Positions 13,725 to 27,330 of a stretch of DNA of 64,000 bases are shown one piece after another (position 1 is the first letter of the stretch; each line of letters starts with the position of its first letter). The translations under genes were made by a program, and so were the position numbers. The stretch is from the human T2T-CHM13v2.0 reference genome, Homo sapiens: the NCBI RefSeq assembly GCF_009914755.1, contig NC_060926.1. The stretch is one strand, 5' to 3'. The notes beneath the pieces are model-generated. The model made no database searches. It saw nothing but the letters and a program-made list of their open reading frames with translations, and was not told the origin of the DNA.

Positions 13725-14808
13725 TGTTAGTGTAGGCAGATAGCCAGAAATGAGCAGGTGAGGGAGCCCCTGGAAAGGAAGCCCTGGAGATGCTCCCCAC
13801 TGGTCCTCAGTGCTCCCCAAGGCAATGGCTACACTGTCTGTGGCTTCTTCTGCCCAGTGGTCTTCAGTGCTGCCCCAGGACAAAGGCTACACTGTCTACT
13901 TCTGGCCTTGTGGTTGGGCTCCTCTGGCCCTAAAGGGGACTTACCAATCAGGACCCAGGCCAAGATCATCATGGTACCGACTTTTGCTACTGATGAACAT
14001 GCATACTTCTCCAATAATTAACCCTGGAGTAGCCTTTTGCTCATTATAATAGTAAAAAAACACAGCTGGGCACGGCGGCTCACGCCTGTAATCACACTTA
14101 CTTTGGGAGGCTGCGGCGGGCGGCTCCAGGTCAAGAGATTGAGACCATCCTGGCCAACATGGTGAAATGCCATCTCTACCATAAATACAAAAATTAGCTG
14201 GGCGTGGTAGAGTGCACCTGTACTCCCAGCTACTCAGGAGGCTGGGGCAGGAGAATCGCTTGAACCTGGGAGGTGGAGGTTTCAGTGAGCCGAGATCGCG
14301 CCACTGCACTCCATTCTGGGCGACAGAACAAGACTCTGTCTCAAAAAAAAAAAAAAAACAAAAACAAAACAAAAAAAAAAAACAAAAAAACACCCTTGGG
14401 TGGAAATTTTAAATGCTTGAGACATGTGATGTATGTGTCAATGTGTATAACCATGGAGCATACGTGCCCAAGGGGACAGCCTAAAACATGATTGCAAATG
14501 ACACCCTCTCACATATCTTCATGAATAGTCATGTAAGATTCTCATAGAGTCCTCCAGCACTGACTGGTGCTGGCTCACTCTCTCCAGCAACCCGCTCTCT
14601 CTCATCTTTCAGAGTGGACTGTCTCTTTAAATAACCACTGATACTGCCATTTTTCACTTGGATGAGCCCAGAGTTTTCCATTTCCCTCTTGTAGCTACTC
14701 TTATCTCTTTAATAAGCCTTTTCTTTACATTACTAATTGTCTCTTGGCAGAAGTGATTCTCTCAAGTTAGACAGTAACTGAGGATTCCCTTCACCCCTCC
14801 TGGTAACA
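13725..14808 (+). mobile_element. Solo LTR (ERVL/ERV1 class, family uncertain) interrupted by an Alu
   Basis: Inverted termini TGTTA...TAACA with ATAT on both flanks. Contains an internal ~57-bp direct repeat at 13801-13900. Confidence 0.7.
14064..14383 (+). mobile_element. Alu (AluSc-like)
   Basis: GGTCAAGAGATTGAGACCATCCTGGCCAACATGG with an A-tail. TSD AAAAAAACAC at 14054-14063 and 14384-14393. Confidence 0.95.
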
Positions 14809-15253
14809 ATATTGCTGATATTGGCTTTTAAAATAGTCTGAAAATCCCTGCCTTTTAATTGGTGTTTTCACAGTACTGTAACCTTCAGTATGGCTGGATG
14901 TAAGTCTACTATCTTGCTGTTTTCTGCTTACCCGTGTGTTATTTCTTCCCTTTTCTTCTTTATTGGCTGATTAGTTATACCATCTTATTTTTTTATAGTC
15001 ACTCTAGGAATTATGCTATGTTTGTTGCACATCTTACATCATCCATACAAATATTATTATGGAATTTCACATAAAATATGTTCAACAGTATACTTCCACT
15101 TCCCCTTCTGTTATCAGTGCAATATAATCATATTTTTTCTTCTACATAATGTTATAAATATCCAATATATTGTTATATTTTTACTTTTAACAAATTATTT
15201 TACTTTTGAAATTTTTGAAATGAGGAAAAATGCTTTCTTTACTCACATATTTA

Positions 15254-15654
<401 letters not shown>

Positions 15655-17648
15655 AATATTCTTTATAATTTCTTGTAGCTCAGGTCTGCTGGTGATGAAT
15701 TCCTTAATGTTTTGTTTGATTGAAAAGGTTTTTATAGGCTTTTTTTCTTTTTTAAAAAAATATTTCACTGGTTATCCAATTTAGAATCTGTGTTTCTATT
15801 CATTGTGCTTTCACCATTTAAATATATCATCACATTGTCTTTTTATTGCATAATTCTGATACAAAATTAGTAGAAAATCCTGTCATTTTTACTCTGCATA
15901 TACAAAATATTCTCTGGTTACTTTTAAGATTTTTTTAGATTTTTAACATTGTCTCTTTATAAATTATTTGATTTGACTTTTTTGACTTTTGTTTGTTTTG
16001 GTATTCTCTTAAATTTGTTGAGCTTTTAAGATCTTTGTATACATAATATTCAAATTTACTAAACTTTCGGCCATTATTTATTCAGATGTTGTTCCTGCCT
16101 CACCCCTTTTTCTGATACTCTATTTCTGTGTGTTTTACAGTGCATTCTATCATACACAAGCTCATAGTGCCTGTTTCTTTTTTTATTGTTGTACGTTCAA
16201 AATCAATGATTTTTTCCCCACAGTGTTAAATCTGTTGTTATTCTCCTCCAGTACAATTTTTAAATTCACATATTTTATTTTTTATATCTAGATGTTCCAT
16301 TTTGGTTTTATATGTTTAATTTCTCTTTTCATTAGGTTTGTATTTTCTTGTAAATACTCAACCATGGTTACAAGTTTTGTTTTAATATCCAGGTCTGTTT
16401 GTTTCCTCGTATCTGTCCCTTCTTGTTTTCTTTTTTTTATTTGACTGATTTTTCTCCTCATTACGGTTTGCGTTTCTGATTCTTGGCTTCTCTATTTTTC
16501 TTATTGGTTTGGGCCATCATGAATGCTATGTTATTTTTTGTCGTCTATTCCAGTATGTTGCTTTGCTGTCTTCTGACTTCAATTCTGTTTTCAATGAGAA
16601 ATCTGTGATCTTCCTGCCCCTTTTACCTCTGTATACAGTATGCCTTTCTTCCCCAACCCCTGATAGATTTTAAAATATTCTCTTTAGTTCACACAGCTTC
16701 CGCTTTGTGTTTATTTAGCTTCTTGGATATGTGCGTTTATAGTTTTGTTAAATTTGGAAATTTTTTTGCTATTACATCTTCAGATAATTTTCTAACCACC
16801 CCCCTCCTGACCATCCAGGCACTCTAACTGCATGTACATTAAACTGCTTGAAATTGTCCCATAGCTTACTGACACTGGTTTTTTTTCTTTGCTTTTTTCC
16901 TCTATACATTTAGTGTGAATAGTTTTTAGTAATGTATCTTCAAGATCTTTTCTAGTTATCATCAAATTATCTAATTATCATCAAACTTTTCTCCTTATAA
17001 TCAAATTTGCCCTTTACCCTGTATCACACATTGTAGTTTTTATATCTCAAGTTATATTTGGGTTATTTTTATATCCTCTGTATCTCTACTTAACTTTTTG
17101 AACCTATGGAATGAATGTAATTATAATAATAAATGATTTGATTTCCATGTGTGCTAATTCAGTTCTTAGTTGGTTTTAAATGAATTTTTTTCTCATAGGG
17201 CATATTTTCACGTTCATTTTAGGTCTGGTGATTTTTTACTGGATGCCAGATATTGTGATTTATGTTTTGGGAGTGTGGAGATTTTAATATCCCTATAAAT
17301 ATTTCTGAGCTCTGCTTTCGGGATAGTTAAGTCACCTGGGAAACATTTGGTTCTTTTGTGTCTTTAGCTTAAGATTTATTGGGTACAATCAGAGCACTGT
17401 TCAGATTAGGAGTGATTATTTCCCACTGCTAAGATAAAACTCATCTGTGTACTCTACACATTGCTTCATGTTCAAGACATTTTCCATTACGGCAGGTGGA
17501 ATGGATGTTCCAGCTCTGTGAGAACTCTGGGCACTGTTACCTCTAATATTTTTGGATGTTTCTTGCCTTGACTTTGGTAGTTTCCTCAGGTGTATGTTCT
17601 GATCTGTGCTTAACTGAATAGTGAGGGGTAACTTGTGCAGACATCTAG

Positions 17649-17651
<3 letters not shown>

Positions 17652-17693
<42 letters not shown>
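17652..17693. repeat. (CT)n microsatellite
   Basis: Pure CT run. Confidence 0.95.
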
Positions 17694-17696
<3 letters not shown>

Positions 17697-17747
17697 TCAA
17701 GCAGGGGAAATGCCAGACGTTTATAAAATCATCAGATCCCATCAGAT

Positions 17748-18254
17748 CCTGCCTCAGCCTCCTGAGTAGCTGGGACTACAGGCATGCACCACCACACCCG
17801 GCTATTTTTTTTTTTTTTTTCCCTGAGATGGAGTTCTGTCATCCAGGCTGGAGCACAGTGGTACATCTTGGGCTCACTGCAACCTCTGCTTCCCAGGTTC
17901 AAGCAATTCTCCTGCCTCAGTCTTCTGAGTAGCTGGGATTACAGGTGCCCGCTACCAAGCCTAGATAATTTTTGTAATTTTTTTTTTTTTTTTTTTTTTT
18001 AGTAGAGATGGGGTTTTGCCACATTGGCCAGGCTGGTCTTGAACTTCTGATCTCAGGTGTTACACCCGCCTCAGCCTCCCAAAGTGCTTGGATTACAGGC
18101 ATGAGCCACCACACCTAGCCTAATTTGTGTATTTTTAGTAGAGACCATGTTTCACCATATTGGCCAGGCTGGTCTCGAACTCCTGACCTCATGATCTGCC
18201 CGCCTCGACCTCCCAAAGTGTTGGGATAACAGGCATAAGCCACTGCGCCCAGGC
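17748..18254 (-). mobile_element. Alu nested in the central linker of another, 3'-truncated Alu
   Basis: Outer Alu pieces at 17748-17804 and 18121-18254 flank a complete inner Alu at 17805-18120 in the same orientation. Confidence 0.9.
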
Positions 18255-18413
18255 TTTATTTTTTTTTAAACTTTGTGCCACAAAGCTGAGTGATAGGCAC
18301 AGTAGGAAACAGAGTGTATCCAGAAAGCTTTATTATTTTGACACAGCTACGTATAACTTACATTTAAAAGAGGTGATTTCAAACTACACACATATATTCT
18401 ATTCTTTCAGATA

Positions 18414-19220
18414 TGTATTGCTGCATTAAAAAATTACCCCCAAATTTTATTACTTATAAAAACAATGATTTAATTTGTTTACAATTTTGTCAGTCATCAA
18501 TTTTTTGCTGTGCTTATCTGAAAAACTTTTTTTTTCTTCTGGCTGTCATCAATTTCAAGTAAATGTGATTAAATCAATTCAAAATGAAGAAAAAAATGGC
18601 CTGTAGGCCTAAAATAGCATTTAAAAAAGTTCCAGTCTTTGCCAGCATTTCCTTTTCTCTATTAAATACTCTTTTCCCCTTCCAACTTTATATTCAATGA
18701 TAGCTATTATGGATTTCTATTATGGGAGATCTTTGCATATAAACAATCATTTATTTTTCAGTTACTTTTGTTGTATAAAAAACTACCCCAAATTTATTAA
18801 CTTGTGAAAACAACATTTCATTTTCCCATTTTGTTTTTCTGTGGTTGAGAAATTTGGGCTTAAATGACTAATTCTAATGGTCTTGTATGAATCACTCATG
18901 TTATTTTGATCATCTGGTCAGTCTGTTGAGGTTGGGATGTCCAAAACTCCCTAATTCACATGTTTAGTATTCAGGACTGCTTTTTAAATATGTCATGTAT
19001 CTTCAACAGGCTAACCTGGCCTTCTTCAAATGGCAGAAGAGTTAACAGCAGCAAAAGAAGGCAAGTTCCATTGTTCAGGTACATACTTTGTAAGCCTTTG
19101 CTTGTACGTTTTGCTAATATTTCATTGTCCAAAGCAATTCACACACCAAAACCAGGGTCAATGTGGGGAATGCTCTGCAGATGTGACGACAGGGAGGATT
19201 GATGTTCCAGGGACCATCTG
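18414..19220 (-). mobile_element. Old MLT1-type LTR fragments (two LTR ends)
   Basis: Two TTG(C/T)TG(C/T)AT..AAAAA(T/C)TACCCC-type LTR ends near 18415 and 18765, plus MLT1-like CATTGTCCAAAGCAA. Confidence 0.55.
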
Positions 19221-20158
19221 TAGCAATCTGCATACACAGCCACATCACTTATTTATGTCCAGGTTTCCACCAGAACTGAAGATCCTCTCTTAATATATTT
19301 AAACATTTCAGAAAATACAACAAAGCCATTTATTTTTCTTGGAGATGCCTCTCTTGATTCCCACCACTGCACTGTCTGATGCTAATGTTTACTTTATGTG
19401 CTAAATGCCTACTTCATAGTCCTCTTCCAGGGACTGTCATTCGTCTCACACCTGCACAATCCTGTTGCTTCTTTCCTTCGTTATAGCACCTATTTTGTGG
19501 AATCCATGCATAGTAGACAACTGTTATACTGTTATAACCAATTTTATTTTTAACTTATGGCTCCCCAACAATGTTTAAGTAAATTTTTCTTCACTTTTGA
19601 TTTTCCACATTGTGATTACTTCCTTTCCAATGGGTAATGAAAAAAATCTACATTTTCCAAACTCCACTAGGGTATGGGCATAGTGACTTAGATTCATCCA
19701 GTAAGTTGCACCCACTGCTGATTTGGCAGTTAGTGCATGGGAGCTATACCGTATGGCAGCTGCATGTGGAAATACTGACTTCTGGAGTCCATGGGACCTC
19801 TGATTTTCAGTCTGGAGCATGAAAGTGCAACACTGTAGACAGGAAGAGCAGTGATATTTTCATTAGAAAGTTCTCAGAAGTGGTTAGAATCTGTCCCTGT
19901 CTCTGTTACCCCTAGCCTTGTACCGTATAAGTCAACAAACAATCTAGCCATCCCAAAGTATTTGAATAAACAATGTCTTTTAATGAACACCTTTCTCATT
20001 CAAACAGTTCAAGTGCATTTTTTTCATTTGCAACCAAGAGCCATAATGGATACAACATGTCATCCTCTTTCTTGGTTTCCACTTTATTTTGGTAATATTC
20101 ATCTTCTAAGCATCTTCATGTTATTAAGTCCATGAGAGGCTTATTTGTAATATTCTCG

Positions 20159-20909
20159 TGTCTTAGACATTTTGTGCTGCTATAACAAAATACCACAGAC
20201 TGGGTCATTTATAAACAATAAAAATGTATTTCTCCCTATTCTGGAGGCTGAGAAGTCCAAAATGAAGGTGCTGGCTGGTGATGGCCCAGTGTCTCTTCTT
20301 CCAAGATGATACCTTGTTCCTGCATCATCCAAGGGGGAGGAAATCTGTGTCATCACATGGCAGAAGGGCAAAAGGGCCTAAACCAGTTTCCTCCAGCCCT
20401 TTAACAAGGTACTAATCTATACATAAGTATGGTGCCTGGCATGATTTGGCTCTGTGTCCTCATCCAAATCTCATCTTGAATTGTAATCCCCCTGTGTCAA
20501 AGGAGGAACCTGGTTGGAGGTGATTGGATTATGGGAGTGGTTTCCCCCATGCTGCTCTCATGATAGTGAGTGAGTTCTCATGAGATCAGATGGTTTTATA
20601 AGTGTCTGGCATTTCCCCTGCTTGCACTCACTCCCTCCTGCCACCTTGTGAAGAAGGTGCTTGCTTCCCTTTCCACTATGATTATAAGTTTCCCGAGGCC
20701 TCCCCAGCCATGCAGAACTGTGAGTCTATTAAACCTCTTTCCTTTATAAATTACCCAGTCTTGGGTACTTCTTTATAGCAGTGGGGAAACAGACTAATAT
20801 AGAGCCCTTATAACTTAGTCACTTCCCAAAAAGCTCTGCTTCCTAACACCACCGCAATGGGGATTACATTAAATGGGAATTTTAGAGGGGACACATTTAA
20901 ACCATAGCA
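20159..20909 (-). mobile_element. MST/MLT1A-type LTR containing a nested THE1
   Basis: TGTCTTAG...TGCTATAACAAAATACCACAGACTGGGT at the left end and AAACCATAGCA at the right end. Confidence 0.8.
20437..20801 (+). mobile_element. THE1 solo LTR
   Basis: TGGCTCTGTGTCC...AAATTACCCAGTCTTGGG...AGACTAATATA, with flanks GTGCC/GAGCC. Confidence 0.9.
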
Positions 20910-23900
20910 TCATGATTACTTGAAAATTTTAAATGAACCTTTACAATTGATTATAAACTTCTCTGGGTGAAAAATAGAGGTTGGACATCCATTCCCATTA
21001 GCATTTTAAAGGTTTTCTTTGTCCACTTTTAAGTTGAGCCCAGTTTGATTCCGTGATTCTTTTTACGTGGTTGGCTTTTTATTCTCTCTGAAAGCTTTTA
21101 GAGATCATGACGTTGTTATTTTTATGTTTCACCAAAAATGTGCTATTATTCCATTTTATTCCTTATGCTTGGCATTCAGTTTTTATTTTCTATTTAAAAA
21201 CCTTATATTTTACAATGATGAAAAATGTTCTTATATTATTTCTTTGATATTTTCCTGCCATTCTTTTTGTTTTCTTTGTTCTGGAACAACTTTTATTCAG
21301 ATATCTCCTGAAAAGAACCTTTAGTTTACTTATTTTTTTCTTCCAATTCTCTATATTTTTCTACTTTTGTGATAATGCTTAGAAAACTCCCAATTTTACC
21401 TTCACAACTTATAATAAATATATCATCCCTGCCTTCATTAAACATGTCTGCAACTTTTTAAAAAATCATTTATTAAAGGGATGATGATCCCTAACGTTCT
21501 GGTTTTCTTCACATATTAACTTTACCTACCTCTTTGAGGATATTAACATTTTTTGAAGTTTTTTTTTGTCTTATCTCTTTTTATAATACTTGCTTTGGAA
21601 TATTTATTATTCTATCTGACATTTATCAGAAATGTAATCACTTGTAGATTGTTTATATTTGAGGGAACACTGAAATGATTATTGAAAGCTCTGTGTTCCT
21701 ATTTGATGGTCTATGCCATGGTATGAGGTGCAGACCTGGATGTATCTATGGCACCTTCTTAGAGACCACCTACGGATGTTTTGTATGGGGCTACCGAGTT
21801 GGATCAGAGCAAGTAATCCACTATTCTTACTGGTGGGAGGGGTCTATAAGCTTGGCTGTTAGTGTCCTGAGAACAAAATGTGGAAGAGGAAAATCATGAC
21901 TCAAAATTCTTTCGGCAGACTTTTGCTGAGCCCCTGTTTTTCATAAGGTATATCGCTACTGTCCTTTTGGATCCCTTTTATCCCACATTTAAAGTTACTT
22001 TTATTTAGAATATTGACAAAGTATATTTCTAAATTTTTCAGGGATATGTAGACACTACCTATAAGATTGAAGTTCAACCTTCATAAAGTACAAATCACCC
22101 ATTCATCTTACAGTTTCCAAAATGTTCTTGTCTGTTTTCACTGCTTATATCATTCCCTTTCTTTCTTTTATTTTGAGGTTACATCTTTTTTTATTCTTTC
22201 ACTGTCAGGTTCATGTAGATTTTGAAGATAATAAATTAAATATGTCTATGTATCCATCATATTAACTGAATTGGGTATGATAGTGAAATTTTTGAAGAAA
22301 AATATAATGTTCAATTATTTTTGAAAAGCTTAGTAATTTATGGTAATTCTGCTTATCGGAACAACATGCTATAATTAAAATACTTTTTATAAAGATTACA
22401 TACTTTATGGAAATTGGCTATGGTGAGGATTAGACTAATAACCAATTTTACATCCATTGTGATTGCAATAATTTTTAAATGTTCATTAATAGGAAGCAAT
22501 AAGTATTACATGGTATACCTCAAGGTATTATCAATATATAGGAGTGATTAAATGACAGATTTCTTGTAATCATTTTTCATTATTTCTGTATTCTCTCTGT
22601 TTACTTCAATGGGTAGGTGACATTTTTTAAAAATGAAAAAGAAATCAGACAAGAGAATACATGTGTAAAAAATTGTTTATTTACATAAAATCATCATTTC
22701 TATGTCTTATGTAAAAAGTAACACTGTCCTCTTCATGCATAGCTGGCCAATTGTTTCTACCAGCTGGACATATTGGCAATTTACCAAGAGAATGGTGCTC
22801 ACACCTAATTTCCATAATTATGGAAATTATTTAGCAGCTGCTGTTTCTTTTCTATTTAACCTTTCTGTAGAAATATGTATTTTGTAAAAGGATTGTAGAA
22901 GGATGATTAGTCTATCTGTGTACCGTTAGTATAGACAACATGGAGAGATAGAACAACCCATCATTAACTAGCTATGTGACTCTAGGAAAACATATATATA
23001 TATGTCTTTTCTCAGTGTAAATATTTTTAATCTATTGAATGAAAGTTTGACTCCAACATAGCTCTGATCAGCAATGTTATACCCACTTTGCTTATAACTG
23101 AGAAACCTATTTGAAATGATTTACCCTAGATATTTTCAAGTTTTCCCATTTCACTGTGCTCTTTGCATCACAGTAATTTTTTCATGGCATGTTTTAGGCC
23201 AACAGAAGTACCAAACAGTTTCAATGTATTTATTAAAAAGTTTCAAACAACTTAATAAATACTTATATCCTAAATTGGAACAATAAAAATATATATGTTA
23301 TGTATGTTAAATGATAGAAAAAACATTTTTGTTTCCTTCTTAAATAATCAGAATTACTTACTAGTAAAAGTGACTTTTGGGTACTGTACTGCCTCTAAAA
23401 CCTGGAATCAGGTTGGACACCACCACCCTCATTTTCTGTTCCACAGTTATTTTCTTGCTTTATATTGGTGTTTGCTTCTAAGTCCAACACCTGCTAAAAT
23501 CCCAGCTTCACATTGTTGAAAGGAATGCAATGGAATCTAATGTGCAAACTGTGAAATATCTCAAGCTGCTAGTTCATATAGCTTTCAAAAGATATTAAAT
23601 ATCTCTTCTTTTGTTTCAAAAAATGTAAACTGTCTCTTAGAGTTATCTCTGTGGTTCTGCAGGATGCTTCAACACATAGTTTTGGAATTGTGGACTTACG
23701 TAACATATCTGGAAATATTTAGAAAGCTAATATTTGCTCTTCTGGAGACATGTTTAGATGTAAAGACATCAGACTATTCTTTCATAGAAATGTTTATAAA
23801 TACCAGAGCTAGAAGAATCTCTAAATTGTACTTCATTCACTTAGCTTGTTTTACAGATGAAGCCATCAAAACAAGTAAATTGCATGGCCTGCCAAAGGAC

Positions 23901-26780
23901 ACAGAGATAATTCATAGACTATCACTGTTTGATGTTTTATTACAATGTCCTGTTGACTTATCAATCTTGTTCACTGAATAACAGAAATCATGTCTTTAGT
24001 CTTTCATTTCCATAGTCTTGGTACAAAGGACATTGTATATGCTCAATAAATGTCTCTTTAACCTATAAAAAAGTTGAGATAAGCATATGAAATCAGATCT
24101 TATACATCTTTCATGTCACAATAACTTTGATAAATGAGTTTCTGCAGTCATTTATCATACAAAATCCAACTTTGCTTGCTTGGCAGAAAAATCAATATTC
24201 TTCTTGTCTCCAGATTCTAAGTAGTTAAAATGTATTTATATTCCATTAGAATATCTTTCAGAGTATCAGTCTCATTATATATCTATCTTAGTCTCACCAA
24301 TTTTTATCTTAATTAGCAACCTAAAAATTTGATTATTTCAAATATACTCAACTATCTTTTTGGCTCTTGGATATTGAAAAAGTCTAATCAAGATGAAAGA
24401 TCTGGTTAGAAAAATAATTCTCAAACTAATATACAATTATATATATTATTTTATTGATATGCTTTTTTATTCAGTCTACAAATTTAATTAAAAAATTCTT
24501 AATTGCCATTTGCTGTTGTAGCTCCTGGGCGTTAAAAAATGGGACAAAATGCTACTGTTAGTAATTCGAAATCTGGTAAAATATACAAAATCGTAAACAA
24601 CTAGCTCTAATAAAATGTGATGAATGCTGTATCAGAACAATCATGACACTAAACATCAAGAATAGTTTAATGTCTTCATGTAGTTCAGAGACTTCTGAGA
24701 GTACAGTTGAAGCAAGGGAGAAAGTCTGGTCAGGATGAAGAAAATGTATGAGCATAAATGAAGGATCCATAAATGTTTAAGAAGTTTCTGGGAGAAAATA
24801 CATAGCAAGGTGTGTTGAAGTTTGAAAATGAGAAGAGCTAAAGGAAGAATATTACTCTGGAAAAAATATTCGAAGGAATTGCGTCTCAGAGGGTTTGAGT
24901 AACCCATGTTGCCTGGGAGGTACTCCCTGTCAGAATCCCATGACACTCTTGATAAATGGTGTTTTTTCAGGGTTTTCTCTGGAGTAAATATTGAGCTATG
25001 ATTCAAATTTTGGTCTTCTGAATAAGTCACAGGAGCAAGAATGATCTGTGTTTGAACTCTAATTATTCTATAACCTTGGATTTTTTTTTTTACTTTTCTC
25101 ACATCTAATTTTTCCATCAGAAAATGTGGATAACAGAAAGCTTGAACTGTTCGTATGGAAATTAAATAGAATAAATTTCTATTGCCTCATACAATGACTA
25201 ACCCACAGAGTTGTTTTTACAAATGAAAGAAATAAAAAAGTTAGATTATGTGTCTCATTCAAAATCCATTAAAACACAGCTCTTAACATTTTCACACTAA
25301 TGCTTTAATCTGCTTTTGGCATTTTCCTGAAGGAAGAATTAGCAAATTTCAACAGGCACAAGAATTAATACTTAACATAACTGAGAGAAGCAAGCAAAGT
25401 TTAAATAGTTATGATTATATTTTATGTATAGTAGGGACTGCAAAAAACTGGGGATATCATGACGAATCTAAAGAGACATCCAATGTCAGGTCCAAGTTCA
25501 AGTGAAATGGTGTCCTGTTGGAATATGGGATCGTTATTTTTCAAGAGAATCTAGAAATATGGATTTCTTTAAAACATATTTTGAATGCTTTTGTTCAGCC
25601 GTAATCCTGTGCCTTGTGTACCCTCTGCATCAACAAGACTTCAAATCCATGGCTATTCTAACCAGTGCTAAAGGAGGCTTTTGTTTGTTTGTCTATTTGT
25701 TTGTTTTAATTTCTATGCCAAGCTATAGAAGCTTTTCTTGATTTCACCAGTCTTTTCACTGCTGTTGCTTATGTGAATGACCTGCTCTACAAATGGCCTG
25801 CAAGAGAGCTCAAATAACTTTGGGAGAATGTGCATTGCTGACATGTCTTATCCACAGATATCCAAAGGATAAAGCGGGTGGTCGAACTGAGTTATCTTCC
25901 TTGAGGTGTCTCTGTCATTCCATAGATAATGAAAAAAGTAGAGTCCAGGGAAAATGGTCATTTTGCATACTAATTAGTCTCTGGGATAACAAATGAGATG
26001 AGATAATTTGCTCCCTTTTCAGCATTATAAACTTTCTGTGCTTTAGGCATTGGGTGACCTGATTAGGTAGGACCACAGCTATAGAACACAGTAATAAAAT
26101 GAAGGAGAAAGGAAGAAAGATTTTCCAAGAGGCAGACTTCTGTAGAGAAAGCCCTCAGAGGCATGCAGGAAAACAAATTAATTTTTCATCTGGGACAACG
26201 CAGCCTCCTCCTGGGCCAGAACTTGACTCCATTCAGGTGAGATAGTTGTGTGCCATCATTTGGCTTCTCATGCCCATGACTGTCCTCTGACTTCTGTCAT
26301 CCTCCACACTTTTCTTCCTCTCCTGTTTATTTTCTCAATACATGGAGGTCATCAGATATAATAAAAGTTTAATCCAAATGTCTCTTTAGAAAAAGGCCAC
26401 TGTGAAACAGGAACAGGAATTATTAGGGGAGGTGATTATGACACCATATGTTTGGACACTACTGGTGAGCACTTAAGTTTGTGTATTTGCTCCATTGTCC
26501 CCACTTATTGCCGGAAGCCTGCTCAATGAGGGTGGGGTGGGAAGAGCATCTGTTTAGCATTTAGAGACCTTGGTTGAATGAGGGTAACAAAGGGACATTA
26601 GGAAACTGTTAACTTCTTTCAAGGTTGAGCTCTTTATCTCTAAAATCTACTAACTCTGTTATCATTGTATTGCTTTCAGGATTAAAGTAGTTAATTTAGG
26701 TAAAATCACTAGCAGATATTATTCAACAAATGGTATATCTCTATGATTGTTTTTTCCCCCTGAATATTGTTTTGACATTG

Positions 26781-27287
26781 TTGACTCCATCTTACTTCTA
26801 ACCTCCAAGCTGTCCTTCTTCATTTCTGGTTCTAGCTTAAACTAAATTCGGGAGGAATTTTGTTTGTAGTTTAACCTTAAAGGAAGGATGATAATAACCC
26901 TTCCCAAAAACCACTCCTTCCATATTTGGGACCAAAACTGCCATTGTAGTACTAATGAAAGCCCATAATGTTAGGATTATGAGAGGGGCCTGGATTCTGC
27001 TAAGATATAGGTTTAGTTACATGATAAGCAGCCATTATTCTGAAGGTCATAAGACTTGTAACTTCCCCAATTACTTATAGGTAAAAATAGATAAAAATCA
27101 CTTTTGTTGACCCTCATATTGGGCTGACTCAGCACACAAGGACCACTTTCCACACCCCTGTGATTTCACCCCAACCAATCAGTGGTATGCATTCCCTAGT
27201 CCCTGCCTGCCAAATTATTCTTAAAAATTCCCAGTCTCCAAATTTTGGGGGAGACTGATTTGAGTAAAAAACTCCAGTTTTCCACTT
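26781..27287 (+). mobile_element. ERV1 LTR fragment (LTR8/MER4-like), followed by (TG)n/(TA)n
   Basis: TGACTCCATCTTACTTCTAACCTCCAAGCTGTCC...GGAGACTGATTTGAGTAA resembles the LTR8 group. The ends are truncated. Confidence 0.65.
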
Positions 27288-27297
27288 ACATATACTG

Positions 27298-27330
<33 letters not shown>

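Noticed and set aside
24656-25117. 153-aa minus-strand ORF
   Set aside because: No recognisable domain and AT-rich codon usage; consistent with chance.
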